From Alphaproteobacteria bacterium (lineage in GTDB: Bacteria; Pseudomonadota; Alphaproteobacteria; GCA-2746255): 64,000 nt of DNA. The notes beneath the pieces are model-generated. The model was not told the DNA's origin. It saw nothing but the letters and a program-made list of their open reading frames with translations, and made no database searches. The stretch's first letter is position 1. Every line of letters starts with the position of its first letter. The translations under genes were made by a program, and so were the position numbers. This document shows positions 30,856 through 41,919 of this stretch, one piece after another. The stretch lies in the NCBI GenBank assembly GCA_965249135.1, contig OZ252220.1, positions 32,001 to 96,000 on the forward strand. The letters run 5' to 3'.

Positions 30856-32814
30856 ATGGCAATCTCCCCAGATTTCGCCCCTGCGAGCGCTGAGCCGGCA
30901 GAGATCGATGCGCTTCTCGATGCGCTCATTGACGAAAGCCGAAGCGACTGCTTTCGTCGGCAAGCCGACGACGGCCATTGGGTTTTCGAGCTTGAAGCCG
31001 ACACGACGATCCCGTCGGAGTATATCCTGTTCGAGCATTTCTTCGACGAGATCGACGACGATCTTGAAAAGAAAATTGCAGTCTACCTTCGACGCCGTCA
31101 ATCGGACCGGCACGATGGCTGGCCGCTTTTCCATGATGGCGATTTTGATATGAGTGCAAGCGTCAAGGCGTATTTCGCACTCAAGATCGTGGGCGATGAC
31201 GTAAACGCACCGCATATGAAGCGCGCCCGCGAGGCAATTCTATCCCGCGGCGGCGCTGCAAAATCGAATGTCTTTACGCGCATCGCGCTGGCGATCTTTG
31301 AACAGGTGCCATGGCGGGCGGTGCCGGTCATGCCAGTCGAGATCAGCTTGCTGCCAAAATGGTTTCCATTTCACCTGGACAAGGTTTCCTATTGGTCGCG
31401 AACGGTGATCGCGCCCCTTCTTATTGTGATGGCAAACCGGCCGAAGGCGAAGAATCCGCGGCGGGTCGATATTCGTGAGCTCTTTGTCACGCCCCCTGAG
31501 GAAGAGAAAAACTACCACGTCAATCCGATGGGATCCTTGCTCGGATCCGTCCTCCTGCGGGTCGATAGCCTGCTGCGCGTTCTTGAGCCCTACTTCCCGA
31601 AGGGGGTCCGCAAGCGTGCAACGGAAAGGGTGCTCGCCTTTACGAAAGAACGGCTCAATGGCGAGGATGGCGTCGGTGGCATTTTTCCGGCAATCGTGAA
31701 CTCGGTCATAGCCTTCGACTGTCTTGGCTACCCGAAGGACCATCCGGACGTGGTGGTTGCAAAGAAAGCAATACGCCGTTTGCTCGTGATCAAAGAGGGA
31801 GAAGCCTATTGCCAGCCATGCTTCTCGCCAGTCTGGGATACGGGACTCATGTCGCTCGCCCTTCAGGAAGAGCCGCAGAGTACGGAACACGATGCCCACC
31901 AGAAGTCGCTCGACTGGTTGGCGAATCGCCAAATTCTCGACGTCGTTGGTGACTGGGCCGCCCAACGGCCCAAGCTGCGGCCCGGTGGCTGGGCCTTTCA
32001 ATATTGGAATGACCATTACCCGGACGTGGACGATACGGCCGTCGTCGCGATGGCAATGCATCGTTTCGACAAGGAACGCTACGGCGAGGCGATCGCCCGC
32101 GCCGCAGAATGGATCGTCGGCATGCAAAGCGCGAATGGTGGATGGGGGGCGTTCGATGCCGAGAACGCGCATTATGGTCTCAATCACATTCCCTTTGCCG
32201 ATCATGGTGCACTCTTGGACCCGCCAACCGCTGACGTGAGCGCGCGATGCCTGGGGTTTCTAGCCCAGATCGGCTATCCGAAGGATCACCCCGTCGTCGC
32301 TCGCGGCTTAACGTTCCTGAAGCGGGAGCAAGAGGAGGACGGTTCGTGGTTCGGCCGCTGGGGCACGAATTACATCTATGGAACCTGGTCGGCCCTTTGT
32401 GCCTTTCAGGCACTGGGCGAAGATCCGGCGGCACCCCACATCCGCAAGGCGGTGGAGGGGCTGAAGGCCCGCCAGCGGGAAGACGGCGGCTGGGGCGAGG
32501 ACGAGGCGACCTACTGGAAAGAGCGCCGCCATAAGGTCAAGGCAAGCACGGCCTCGCAGACGGCTTGGGCGGTGCTGGGCCTGCTGGCGGCCGGCGAGGT
32601 CAGGAGCGAGGCGGTGAGGCGGGGCATCGCCTACCTGCTGGATGCGCCTCGGACCTGCGCGAAATGGCAGGAAGAATGGTACACGGCCGTCGGATTCCCA
32701 CGCGTCTTCTACCTCCGCTATCACGGTTACAGCGCCTATTTTCCGGTTTGGGCGCTGACGCGCTATCGGAATCTCCTCCGCGGCAACGCACCGACCACGC
32801 GGTACGGAATGTGA
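30856..32814 (+). CDS. shc: Squalene-hopene cyclase
   Basis: DVDDTA catalytic motif, QW repeats, GFPRVFYLRY. Confidence 0.97.
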   Translation: MAISPDFAPASAEPAEIDALLDALIDESRSDCFRRQADDGHWVFELEADTTIPSEYILFEHFFDEIDDDLEKKIAVYLRRRQSDRHDGWPLFHDGDFDMSASVKAYFALKIVGDDVNAPHMKRAREAILSRGGAAKSNVFTRIALAIFEQVPWRAVPVMPVEISLLPKWFPFHLDKVSYWSRTVIAPLLIVMANRPKAKNPRRVDIRELFVTPPEEEKNYHVNPMGSLLGSVLLRVDSLLRVLEPYFPKGVRKRATERVLAFTKERLNGEDGVGGIFPAIVNSVIAFDCLGYPKDHPDVVVAKKAIRRLLVIKEGEAYCQPCFSPVWDTGLMSLALQEEPQSTEHDAHQKSLDWLANRQILDVVGDWAAQRPKLRPGGWAFQYWNDHYPDVDDTAVVAMAMHRFDKERYGEAIARAAEWIVGMQSANGGWGAFDAENAHYGLNHIPFADHGALLDPPTADVSARCLGFLAQIGYPKDHPVVARGLTFLKREQEEDGSWFGRWGTNYIYGTWSALCAFQALGEDPAAPHIRKAVEGLKARQREDGGWGEDEATYWKERRHKVKASTASQTAWAVLGLLAAGEVRSEAVRRGIAYLLDAPRTCAKWQEEWYTAVGFPRVFYLRYHGYSAYFPVWALTRYRNLLRGNAPTTRYGM

Positions 32815-33509
32815 CGCGGCTTGGATTCGTCACCGGCCTTCGCGGGGAAGCAGCCATCATCGAGGCGGCCTCCAGGAGCCTGCCGGAGGCGATACGGCCG
32901 CTCCTTTACTGCGGGGGTGCACATACGGACCGGGCCCAGACCGGTGCCCTGCGTCTGGTGGAAGCGGGCGCCGGCGCATTGGTAAGTTTTGGCATTGCAG
33001 GTGGCTTGGCTCCGGGCCTTGTTTCGGGAAGCCTGATCCTTGCCTCCACCATTCAGGTTGCGGGCGAGCCATCGCTCGGTGTCGATCTCGAGTGGCGGGA
33101 CCGGCTTTGTGAGCGCATAGGCGCCGCCATCGAACCGCAACTCAGCGAAATGGTGGGAAGCCATGTGGTGGTTCAAACCACCGATGACAAAGCCCGCCTT
33201 TTTGGCGAAACCCCGGGCCTTGCCGTCGATATGGAAAGCCATACCGTGGCCAGGGTAGCGCGCGAACGCGCCTTGCCCTTTTTGGTAGTTCGCGCCATCG
33301 CGGACACGGCCGCCATGCCGATCCCGAACGCCGCGCTTGCAGGCGTCGGGCCAGGCGGCGAAACACGCGCCTTTGCCGTGCTTAAGCAGGCCGCCTTCGC
33401 GCCATGGGAGTGGCCGGCGCTCTTGCGTCTTGGGGGCGCGCACCAAAAGGCATTGGGCGTGCTCCGGCGCACCGTGCGCCTCGCCGGGGCCAACCTTGCC
33501 TACGAATAG
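32811..33509 (+). CDS. hpnG: Hopanoid-associated nucleosidase/phosphorylase
   Basis: GTG start overlapping the shc stop; SFGIAGGL, VDMES, VRAIAD. Confidence 0.85.
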   Translation: MTRLGFVTGLRGEAAIIEAASRSLPEAIRPLLYCGGAHTDRAQTGALRLVEAGAGALVSFGIAGGLAPGLVSGSLILASTIQVAGEPSLGVDLEWRDRLCERIGAAIEPQLSEMVGSHVVVQTTDDKARLFGETPGLAVDMESHTVARVARERALPFLVVRAIADTAAMPIPNAALAGVGPGGETRAFAVLKQAAFAPWEWPALLRLGGAHQKALGVLRRTVRLAGANLAYE

Positions 33510-33531
33510 AAGGATTTAAAACGTCGCTTGG

Positions 33532-34656
33532 TTAAGCAGCGTCGCTCGTGTGGTCTTCTTCGAGAAACTTCTCCACGTGCTTCTCGAAGACGTATTCTGC
33601 CTTGCGTTGATTCGAAAGGGCGATCTCCGGGGCCATCGGACCGTCCGTGCGGACACCGGAAAGCGCAACTTTTAGCGCCCTCAACGGGTGCGAGACCGTA
33701 TCGTTCACGGCCGTCGGCTCGTAACCGCAATGCACCATGCAGTTTGCGCATTTTTCATAATTGCCGGTGCCGTATTTCTCCCATGCCGTTTCTTCCATGA
33801 GTTCCTTCCAGGTTCGTGCGTACCCCTCGCCCAGAAGGTAACAGGGGCGTTGCCAGCCAAAGATGTTGCGCGTCGGATTTCCCCAGGGGGTGCAATGGTA
33901 GGATTGATTGCCGGCGAGGAAATCAAGGTACAGGCTGGATTGCGAAAAACGCCATTTCTTTCCTTTTCCATGCCGAAAAATGTCACGGAAAAGCTGGCGC
34001 GTTTTCTGGCGGCTTAAGAAATGTTCCTGATCTGGTGCCCGTTCGTAGGCATAACCAGGCGAAATCGTGATTCCATCGACACCTAGATTTTCCATTACGT
34101 AAGAAAAGAAATCTGCCATCTCCTTTGCATTCGTGCCGTCAAACAGGGTGCAATTTACATTTACCCGGAAGCCCTTTTCGGCTGCTAAGCGAATTGCCCG
34201 CAGGGCCCGGTCGAAGACGCCCTCCTGGCAAACGGCCTTGTCGTGGGTTTTGCGGTCACCGTCCAGGTGAACGGAGAAAGTGAGGTACAGGCTCGGCTTG
34301 AAAAGGTGCAGCTTCTTTTCCAGCAGAAGCGCGTTCGTGCACAGATAAACGAACTTCTTTCGGGCCACGATCCCCTCGACGATTTCTTTGATTTCCTTGT
34401 GCAGAAGGGGTTCGCCACCCGGAATGGAGACCACTGGCGCGCCGCATTCATCGACGGCGTCGAGGCATTCCTCGACGCTCAAGCGCTTGTTCAGGATTTC
34501 GTCTGGGTAATCGATCTTCCCGCAGCCGGCGCAAGCCAGATTGCAGCGGAACAATGGCTCCAGCATGAGGACGAGCGGATAACGTTTTGCGCCCCCTAAG
34601 CGTTGCTTCAGAACGTAAGCACCGACGCGAACTTGTTGAATAAGCGGTACCGCCAT
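33532..34656 (-). CDS. hpnH: Adenosylhopane synthase (radical SAM)
   Basis: [30 protein letters not shown]. Confidence 0.96.
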   Translation of the reverse strand: MAVPLIQQVRVGAYVLKQRLGGAKRYPLVLMLEPLFRCNLACAGCGKIDYPDEILNKRLSVEECLDAVDECGAPVVSIPGGEPLLHKEIKEIVEGIVARKKFVYLCTNALLLEKKLHLFKPSLYLTFSVHLDGDRKTHDKAVCQEGVFDRALRAIRLAAEKGFRVNVNCTLFDGTNAKEMADFFSYVMENLGVDGITISPGYAYERAPDQEHFLSRQKTRQLFRDIFRHGKGKKWRFSQSSLYLDFLAGNQSYHCTPWGNPTRNIFGWQRPCYLLGEGYARTWKELMEETAWEKYGTGNYEKCANCMVHCGYEPTAVNDTVSHPLRALKVALSGVRTDGPMAPEIALSNQRKAEYVFEKHVEKFLEEDHTSDAA

Positions 34657-34677
34657 CTGGCTTTCGTCCTTCGCCCC

Positions 34678-35646
34678 TTAGGCGGTCATCGGCTGCTGGG
34701 TGTCCAACAACTCCGGCGGAAGCTTGAATTGAACGTGTTCCTCTATTCCTATTAGCGCCTTGACTTCCAACTCGCCGAAATCGCCAAGTCGCTGAATCAC
34801 TTCCTGCACAAGTTGTTCCGGTGCCGAGGCGCCAGCCGTAATGCCAATCGTGCCGATCCCGTGCAGCCATTCCGGCTCCAGGCCACGCGAATCCTCGATC
34901 AAATAACTCGGCAGTCCCATCTCGAGACCGATCTCGCGCAGCCGGTTCGAATTCGAACTGTTCGGAGCGCCGACGACGAGCAGCAGATCGACCTCCTTCG
35001 CGAGGTGACGCACGGATTCCTGGCGATTTTGGGTCGCGTAACAAATGTCCTTCACGTCAGGACCCTGGATGTTGGGGAAGCGCTTCATCAACGCCTCAAT
35101 CACATCCCGGGTATCGTCAACGCTCAGGGTCGTCTGAGTAATGTAGGCAAGCTTGTTTGAATCCCGTACCCGAAGTCGATCAACGTCGGCGGGCTCCGAG
35201 ATGAGAAGAACGCCTCCGGGGATTTGCCCGCGCGTCCCTTCGACTTCCGGATGGCCTTCGTGGCCGATCAGGATGATTTCATAGCCTCGCTCGGCGTAGC
35301 GTTGCCCTTCCTTGTGCACCTTTGAGACGAGCGGACACGTTGCATCGATTACCGGCAAACCGCGATCTTGCGCATCTGCAAGCACTTTTCTGGAAACGCC
35401 ATGGGCGCTGAAGACGGTGACCGCACCGTCCGGCACCTCATCGAGCTCATGGACGAATCGTGCCCCCTTCGCGCGCAGGGCTTCCACCACATGTTTGTTA
35501 TGGACAATTTCATGGCGCACATAAACGGGTGGACCATATTTCTCAAGCGCGCGGTTGACGATTTCGATGGCCCGCTCGACGCCGGCACAAAAACCGCGCG
35601 GTTGAGCAAGGAGGACCCGAATTTTACGTTGGCTTGTCGAGGTCAT
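34678..35646 (-). CDS. ispH: 4-hydroxy-3-methylbut-2-enyl diphosphate reductase
   Basis: [31 protein letters not shown]. Confidence 0.96.
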   Translation of the reverse strand: MTSTSQRKIRVLLAQPRGFCAGVERAIEIVNRALEKYGPPVYVRHEIVHNKHVVEALRAKGARFVHELDEVPDGAVTVFSAHGVSRKVLADAQDRGLPVIDATCPLVSKVHKEGQRYAERGYEIILIGHEGHPEVEGTRGQIPGGVLLISEPADVDRLRVRDSNKLAYITQTTLSVDDTRDVIEALMKRFPNIQGPDVKDICYATQNRQESVRHLAKEVDLLLVVGAPNSSNSNRLREIGLEMGLPSYLIEDSRGLEPEWLHGIGTIGITAGASAPEQLVQEVIQRLGDFGELEVKALIGIEEHVQFKLPPELLDTQQPMTA

Positions 35647-35907
35647 AAGGAATCCACGTCTCTTTATTCGGCCTGTCTGCCTTTTTCGGGCAAGGGCGAG
35701 GAATAGATAAGGCAGCCAAGGCGTCGGTTGCAATGATAATAATTTGCTTAAAACCTAAAAAAAGCAAAGATTTAAGGACGGCAGAAATCGATCTATCTCA
35801 GGGTGGCGCTTTCGGCCGTTCATCGTGTAGCTCGGGCGTGGCAGAATGTCCCTAAGTTTTTTGTCCTTTTTCCATTCCTCCATGGGGATTTGGCATGGGG
35901 ATTTTGG

Positions 35908-36912
35908 ATGACGACCCTGCTCACCGGTGCATCCGGTTTTGTCGGCTCGGCGGTTCTTCGGGCACTGCTTGCTTCGGGTCATGAGGTGCGGGTGTTGCTG
36001 CGCGAGACGAGCGATCGACGAAATCTCGAGGGGCTCGATGTCGAGATCGTCACGGGTGATCTATGCGACCGGGCATCACTTGATCCGGCGCTTCGCGGGT
36101 GCGAGGCCCTTTTTCATGTTGCCGCCGATTACCGTATCTGGACACGAAATCCGGCAACCATCTACAAAAACAATGTGACGGGCACCCGTCAGATTCTTGA
36201 AGCAGCCGGAGAGGTGGGCGTCACACGCATCGTGCATACGAGCAGCGTTGCGGCCTTGGGATTGCCGAAGAATGGGGGCGCGGGAGATGAGGAAACGCCA
36301 GTCACCCTTGCCGACATGATCGGGCACTACAAACGCTCGAAATTTCTTGCCGAAGAGGAAGTCCGGCGCCTCGTTGCCCAAGGCCTTCCGGTTACCACCG
36401 TCAATCCTTCTGCGCCGGTCGGTCCCCGCGACATCAAGCCCACACCCACCGGCCAGATGATCATCGAGGCCGCTTCCGGGCGTATGCCGGTCTACGTCGA
36501 CACCGGCTTAAGCGTCGTTCACGTTGAAGACGTGGCGAAAGGTCATCTCCTTGCCTTTGAGAAAGGCGAGATCGGCAGACGCTACGTGCTCGGAGGCGAA
36601 AATCTAACCCTTCGCCAGATCCTAGAGAAGATCGCCGACATTACCGGCCGTTCGGGGCCAAAGTTTTGCGTGCCTCATAACTTTATTCTCCCCATCGCGG
36701 CCATTGCGGAGACGTGGACAAGGCTAAGCAGCGGTGACCAACCCTTCGTTTCGATTGACAGTGTCCGAATGTCGAAGAAGCGGATGTTCTATTCCAGCGA
36801 ACGGGCACAAAAAGAACTTGGCTACAGCCCACGACCTGCCGACGCAGCGCTTCGAGACGCCATCGAATGGTTTGCAAAGCACCAATATTGCCCGACGCCG
36901 AGCAAGTCCTAA
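35908..36912 (+). CDS. hpnA: Hopanoid-associated NAD-dependent epimerase/dehydratase
   Basis: TGASGFVG, AADYR, YKRSK, GPRDIKPTPTG. Confidence 0.92.
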   Translation: MTTLLTGASGFVGSAVLRALLASGHEVRVLLRETSDRRNLEGLDVEIVTGDLCDRASLDPALRGCEALFHVAADYRIWTRNPATIYKNNVTGTRQILEAAGEVGVTRIVHTSSVAALGLPKNGGAGDEETPVTLADMIGHYKRSKFLAEEEVRRLVAQGLPVTTVNPSAPVGPRDIKPTPTGQMIIEAASGRMPVYVDTGLSVVHVEDVAKGHLLAFEKGEIGRRYVLGGENLTLRQILEKIADITGRSGPKFCVPHNFILPIAAIAETWTRLSSGDQPFVSIDSVRMSKKRMFYSSERAQKELGYSPRPADAALRDAIEWFAKHQYCPTPSKS

Positions 36913-39518
36913 CTTCCCTTTCGTCGAATCGTCATTAGCGCTGGAATAAGGGTCAGCGTACAGATCATCACCAGAACCAGAGCAACGGTCAACAGCATGC
37001 CCATGCTGGCGGTACCAACATGCGTCGAGAGAGTAAGGCTTGCAAAAGAACCGACCGTCGTCAGCGCGCTGAACACGACGGCACGTGGTGTGCTGGTACG
37101 AAGGACATCGTCGCTCATGCTGTTTCGCTCCCGAAGAACGAAATGAATGCCATTCGCCACGCCAAGTCCTAGAATCAGGGGAAGGACGATGACATTTGCA
37201 AAGTTGAAGGGAATGTTGAAAAGCACTCCAAGCAGGTTCGTCAAAACGGCGGCAAGGCCAAGCGGAGCAAGTACGAGAAAAATGTCGGAGACTCGCTGCA
37301 GCACGATGGCGAGCAGCAGCGTGATGAGAACGAGCGCAAGGACCGTCGCTTGCCAAAAGGCGTCGATGACGGCTTTGACGGCGCCGACCATCACGATCGG
37401 ATCGCCAGTAGCGTTCGGAGCAATGGCCTGAACGGCGGTGGTGAAACGGAGAAGACTCTCCGGATCCTTCGGATTCTCGGCCGGTCGAACCTCAACCCGT
37501 GCTCGGCCATCGTCGGTCACGAAACGTGCGAGAAGCGATTCCGGTAGCATCGCAAAGCTCACGCGTTCCGCAGTAAGCGCGATACGAAGGTGGGCCAATT
37601 GCTTGAAGAGGGTGCCCAGAACTCGCTTCTCGAGCGCATCGAGCGGCGGGCTCTCGGGGAAGGCCGCATCCAGGCGTCGCAAGGCCTCGGCAAGTCGCAC
37701 CGCCGCCTGCACGTGATCGGCAGATGGATTTTCCGTGGCCAAGCGTTTGATGTTTTCATGGAAATCGGAAAACGATTTTTGACGGTCCGCCTCCGCGGGC
37801 CGGGGCGTCTTTCCCTCCATCATCAGAACAGGCAGCAGAATCACGGAGAGGTCTTCAAGCAGCAGCAGTTTTTCATCTTGATCTGCGGGTACGAAATCCT
37901 GGGGTATGAGGACACCGTTCACTTCCGGCAGCGCTGAAAGCTTTTCCTTTAGCGTTGTCGCTTCCTCGAGATTGTCGGCAAGGATCGTAATCGCATAAGG
38001 ATCGATCTCTCCCTCCTTCAGGAGATCCTGTAAGGTGCGCATGGCTTCGCTGTTTGGGTTCTGAAGGTTCAGCGGATCGAAGTCGAACCGAGCAAAAGGC
38101 AGGGCGGCAAGGCCGGTAACGGCCAGCAAGCCGCTTATCACGACGATCGCCCAGGCGTAGCGGCGAACGATTCCAGGGAAATCAAAAGGCAGAATCGGCG
38201 GCGGGGTTGCCCTGCGTGGCGGCATCCAGGCGAGAAACGCGGGCAGGATCGAGAGATTCGCAAAAAGCGCGATGAACATGCTCGTTCCGGCAATCAATCC
38301 AAGTTCGGCGAGCCCACGGTAGTCCGTTGGCAGGAATGCATAGAAACCGATGGCTGCCGCGACAGCGCAGAAGGTAAGGGCACCGCCGGCCCCTTCTGCC
38401 GTGCACTCAAGGGCGGATGCGACGTTCATGTCCTTCTCGAGTGCTTCCCGGAAGCGGAGCGAAAAGTGAATCCCGAAATCGACGCTTAATCCGACGAAGA
38501 GAACGACGAAAGCGACGGAAATCAAGTTGAGGTGGCCAACGGCGAAGGCAGCAAAGGCAAGACTCCAGACGAGGCCCATGATCAATGTCAGCAAGGCGGC
38601 CAACACCAACCGTGCCGAGCGAAGGCCGATCAGGAGAAAACCCGTTACCAGCGTCACAGAAACCGTGCCTACGAGGCCCATCCCTTCCTGGATGCTCTGA
38701 AGTTCCGCCTGGTCGAGGGCGGCGAAGCCGGTCAGACGAAGGCGAACGTCGTTTCGGGGGTCAAGCGAGGCGGCGACCTCTCGGATCGTTTCCATGGCGG
38801 TCTTCGCTGGCGTGAGGGTCGAGTAATCCAGGACCGGCTGTACGGCGATCAATTGCCGTCCTACGGAAGAAATCGCTTCCCCTTTCATCATCTTTTTCCA
38901 CGACATGTCGTGCAGTCGGTGTTCCGCCATTGCCTCGACGACTTCAGTGAGCCCGTTGAAAACCCGACTCAACCCTTTTGCATCTTCGGGTTTTTTCTCA
39001 AGAACGTCGTCAATCGCTAGCCCCAGCATTTCGAACAGGCCATTAAGGGTGAGGTTCTTCGCAAGGGTTCCGAGAAAAGGCTGATTCTCGGAAAGACGTA
39101 GCGCAAGATCGTCGAGTTCCTCGGTGTCGAGATAAAGAAAGCCGTGTTTCTCGAAATAGGGGTCGGCGGGTGGGTAAAAAATGTTCCGGAACAGATCCGT
39201 TCGCTCGCGTAGGCGTTTGGTAAGGTCTTCGGCCAGGATGTCCACGTAATCCGGATTGTCGCCTTCGAGAACGACAAGGATGACGTCCGAATATTGTGGG
39301 AAGGCTGCCTTTATCGTTTTGGCGTGTTTCCGGAACGGGAGCTCGGGCGAAAGCAGATCCGTCGTCCGCGTATTGATGCCGAGCGTGTCGACAGTATAGG
39401 CGGCAAGGCCCAAGGTCGCAGCGACGGCAACGAAAATAACCGTCCGCGCCCGGTGGTGGACAATGGCTATCCACCGGATGAGTATTTGGCGATACCAGTT
39501 GGTTATTCTGCTAATCAC
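36909..39518 (-). CDS. hpnN: Hopanoid RND/MMPL transporter
   Basis: Two TM repeats with GLSVDFGIH and NFANVIVLPL, FDFDPLNL. Confidence 0.9.
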   Translation of the reverse strand: MISRITNWYRQILIRWIAIVHHRARTVIFVAVAATLGLAAYTVDTLGINTRTTDLLSPELPFRKHAKTIKAAFPQYSDVILVVLEGDNPDYVDILAEDLTKRLRERTDLFRNIFYPPADPYFEKHGFLYLDTEELDDLALRLSENQPFLGTLAKNLTLNGLFEMLGLAIDDVLEKKPEDAKGLSRVFNGLTEVVEAMAEHRLHDMSWKKMMKGEAISSVGRQLIAVQPVLDYSTLTPAKTAMETIREVAASLDPRNDVRLRLTGFAALDQAELQSIQEGMGLVGTVSVTLVTGFLLIGLRSARLVLAALLTLIMGLVWSLAFAAFAVGHLNLISVAFVVLFVGLSVDFGIHFSLRFREALEKDMNVASALECTAEGAGGALTFCAVAAAIGFYAFLPTDYRGLAELGLIAGTSMFIALFANLSILPAFLAWMPPRRATPPPILPFDFPGIVRRYAWAIVVISGLLAVTGLAALPFARFDFDPLNLQNPNSEAMRTLQDLLKEGEIDPYAITILADNLEEATTLKEKLSALPEVNGVLIPQDFVPADQDEKLLLLEDLSVILLPVLMMEGKTPRPAEADRQKSFSDFHENIKRLATENPSADHVQAAVRLAEALRRLDAAFPESPPLDALEKRVLGTLFKQLAHLRIALTAERVSFAMLPESLLARFVTDDGRARVEVRPAENPKDPESLLRFTTAVQAIAPNATGDPIVMVGAVKAVIDAFWQATVLALVLITLLLAIVLQRVSDIFLVLAPLGLAAVLTNLLGVLFNIPFNFANVIVLPLILGLGVANGIHFVLRERNSMSDDVLRTSTPRAVVFSALTTVGSFASLTLSTHVGTASMGMLLTVALVLVMICTLTLIPALMTIRRKGS

Positions 39519-39692
39519 GGGAACGTCGTTTTCCTTGAAAAAGCGCCGCCTAGTTCTGGCTAGGCCGGCGGCAAGAAGGGGTCAAAGGCCTGCGGAAGGA
39601 TAGGGTGGTGTTTTCTCATCCGGAAATGCTTAAATATTATGGTCTCACCAGGGGCGCAAGAAGGGACGGGAGAGTCCCGAAAGGAAGGGTAC

Positions 39693-40307
39693 ATGCCACT
39701 CCGTCGGCTAAGGCAGATCCTGTACATCGCCATCGCCGCCATCTTTTTGGCGCTGCCGATACGCGCCGAGCCGTCTGGGCCGGCCGAGGTCGTCGAGAAA
39801 CTCCATGATAAGCTGATTTCGACCATGCAGCAGGCAAAGGAGCTTGGCTATGCGGGCAGGCGGGACGTGCTAACCCCCATCCTTCTAGCCACCTATGATC
39901 TCCGCCGCATGGCACGCGTGACGGTGGGGCGCCATTGGAAGGCCATGGCCGATGATCAGAAAGACTCGCTTGTCGAGTCATTTACGGCAATGACGCTCTC
40001 GAATTACGCTTTGCGTTTCGATGGTTTCTCGGGGGAGTATTTCGAAACGCTTGGTACCGTTGAAACGCCGCACGGGTATACCATCGTTCAAACACAAATC
40101 GTAACCTCCGACGAAAAGATCCGTATCGACTATCTTCTTCGAAAGTCGGACGATGGATGGGGGATTATTGATGTCTTTCTTAAGGGGACGATAAGCGAGC
40201 TTGCTGCGCGACGTTCCGAATACATGAGCGTCATCCGTGACCGTGGGGTGGACGCGTTGATTGACGCTGTGCGTGAAAAGGCCGCTAGCCTGGCCGAAGC
40301 ACGCTGA
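39693..40307 (+). CDS. hpnM: HpnM / MlaC-like periplasmic lipid-binding protein
   Basis: Signal peptide; W.IIDV..GTISELAARRSEY; divergent from hpnN. Confidence 0.85.
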   Translation: MPLRRLRQILYIAIAAIFLALPIRAEPSGPAEVVEKLHDKLISTMQQAKELGYAGRRDVLTPILLATYDLRRMARVTVGRHWKAMADDQKDSLVESFTAMTLSNYALRFDGFSGEYFETLGTVETPHGYTIVQTQIVTSDEKIRIDYLLRKSDDGWGIIDVFLKGTISELAARRSEYMSVIRDRGVDALIDAVREKAASLAEAR

Positions 40308-40336
40308 CGGCTGATTCCTTTGCCACGGTTGGTGGT

Positions 40337-40774
40337 ATGCGACGCATTTTCCTTCTTTTGCTGTTTGGACCATGCTTGCCGGTGTTCGTTTTTGCTTCGG
40401 CTGCAGCCGCAGACCTCCGTGTTCAAATAAACGAACCTCAAAACCGCAACGGTGTGATGCGGTTTGCGCTCTATGATCGCGCACCTGGATTCCCCACCCA
40501 TGAGGGCCGATTCGCCCATCTTGACATACCGGTTCCGAAAAAGGGGGAGGTCGAAGCCGTCTTTACGAACCTCCCTCCAGGAACCTATGCAGTTGCCGCC
40601 TATCATGACGAGAATGCAAACGGTGAATTCGATCAGGGGTTCTTAGGCTTTCCGTTGGAAGGCTATGGATTCAGTAACGACGCCCGTGGCTTTTTAAGCG
40701 CCCCCAGCTTTTCTTCTGCAGCGGTCATTCTGGGAAAGGACGGGGAAACAATCCGGCTTCGGCTGTCGTATTAA
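40337..40774 (+). CDS. DUF2141 family exported protein
   Basis: GTYAVAAYHDENANG..PLEGYGFSN. Confidence 0.88.
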   Translation: MRRIFLLLLFGPCLPVFVFASAAAADLRVQINEPQNRNGVMRFALYDRAPGFPTHEGRFAHLDIPVPKKGEVEAVFTNLPPGTYAVAAYHDENANGEFDQGFLGFPLEGYGFSNDARGFLSAPSFSSAAVILGKDGETIRLRLSY

Positions 40775-40785
40775 GCTGAGGAACC

Positions 40786-40820
40786 AAAAACAAAAAACGG
40801 CGCCCGGATGGAGCACCGTT
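40786..40820 (-). terminator. Intrinsic terminator for the mlaA-like gene
   Basis: Minus strand AACGGTGCTC-catcc-GGGCGCCGTT (with GU pairs) followed by a T-tract. Confidence 0.7.
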
Positions 40821-40843
40821 CGAACTAGCAAGCCAAGGTTTGG

Positions 40844-41644
40844 CTAGTCGCCGTTCTCAAAATCCATATAGGTATATCCGAAAGGACTGCCCTCGCCATC
40901 GAGGGGGAGTTTCCCATCATGGATCTTATCAAGCCGATCCTGCCGGTAGAGGCTCCGGATCGTGGCATATAGATCGATGGCAGTCCGCTGAAGGTCGTCA
41001 AACCGTTCGATGTTCTGTTCGCGCCGATCAATCGCAATGAGGCCGGCCCGAGCAAAGGTAATCCAATCCTTGTCTTCATGATTGGCCGCGAATCGGAAGG
41101 GGTCGGCGAAACTGTCGACCAAGGCGCCGACAAGATCCCGCGGGTTCGAGGGTCCCAAGAGCGGCAGCATCAAATACGGCCCTTCCGGAACGCCCCAAAC
41201 AGCCATGGTTTGCCCGAAATCCTCGACATGGGATTCCAAGCCCCAGCCCGAAGCAATGTCGAAGAGACCGACGACACCAACCGTCGAGTTAATGGTGAAT
41301 CGCCCTACCGTCGTCGCTCCGCGTTCGAATTTCCCCTGAAGGAGGTCGTTCGCGAGAATGGTCGGCGCCAAGAGGTTTCGAAGGGCATTGCGGATGCTTT
41401 TCCGGACCATCTCGGGAAAGACGAAGCGATATCCCTGGGCCAGTGGCTTGAAGGCCATCCGATCGAGGAACAGGTTGGCGTCGAGAATGCCCCTATTCAC
41501 ATATTCCATAGGATCGTTCACGTCCCCTTCCTGGGCTTGGGCCTTCGACGGAGAAAGCCCCAGCGCGCCAAGAACAACGAAAACCGCAATGATTCGGAGG
41601 AGTCGCATCCGAAGCAGTTTAGAAAGGGACCGGCCTGCACCCAT
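40844..41644 (-). CDS. mlaA: VacJ/MlaA family protein
   Basis: DPMEYVNR, RFTINSTVG, EDFGQT, GPYLMLPLLGPS; the start may be at 41608. Confidence 0.9.
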   Translation of the reverse strand: MGAGRSLSKLLRMRLLRIIAVFVVLGALGLSPSKAQAQEGDVNDPMEYVNRGILDANLFLDRMAFKPLAQGYRFVFPEMVRKSIRNALRNLLAPTILANDLLQGKFERGATTVGRFTINSTVGVVGLFDIASGWGLESHVEDFGQTMAVWGVPEGPYLMLPLLGPSNPRDLVGALVDSFADPFRFAANHEDKDWITFARAGLIAIDRREQNIERFDDLQRTAIDLYATIRSLYRQDRLDKIHDGKLPLDGEGSPFGYTYMDFENGD

Positions 41645-41919
41645 CTACCCACTCCTTGACTATGGTCAATTTACTAGACTTTTCAGAAAGATACCATCGT
41701 TTTAACCATGTGGCAAACGCCCAGTTCCCACGAGGGGCGGGGAGCATCTAAACGGAATTTTCTTACCATTTCCTTGCCGGCCCCCAGATCCTTTGGATGG
41801 CTTCGTTCTGTCGAAAATCGGCCAGAGGCTTGCTCGCACTTTGCACGACCGCCTAACATAGCGTCATGGGGCAGGGGCCTTTGGTGTAGGCGAAAGAGGT
41901 GAGCTCTAGAGGACCGAAA

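Noticed and set aside
31240-32205. Long antisense ORFs (also 6899-7864, 49811-50920, 51082-52140, 55017-56009)
   Set aside because: They lie opposite well-supported genes in GC-rich DNA and have no recognisable motifs
32565-32810. N-terminal extension of the hpnG ORF (likewise the sufU, otsA, GH15 and hpnA extensions)
   Set aside because: It overlaps the upstream gene; better starts exist at the coupled or RBS-preceded codons
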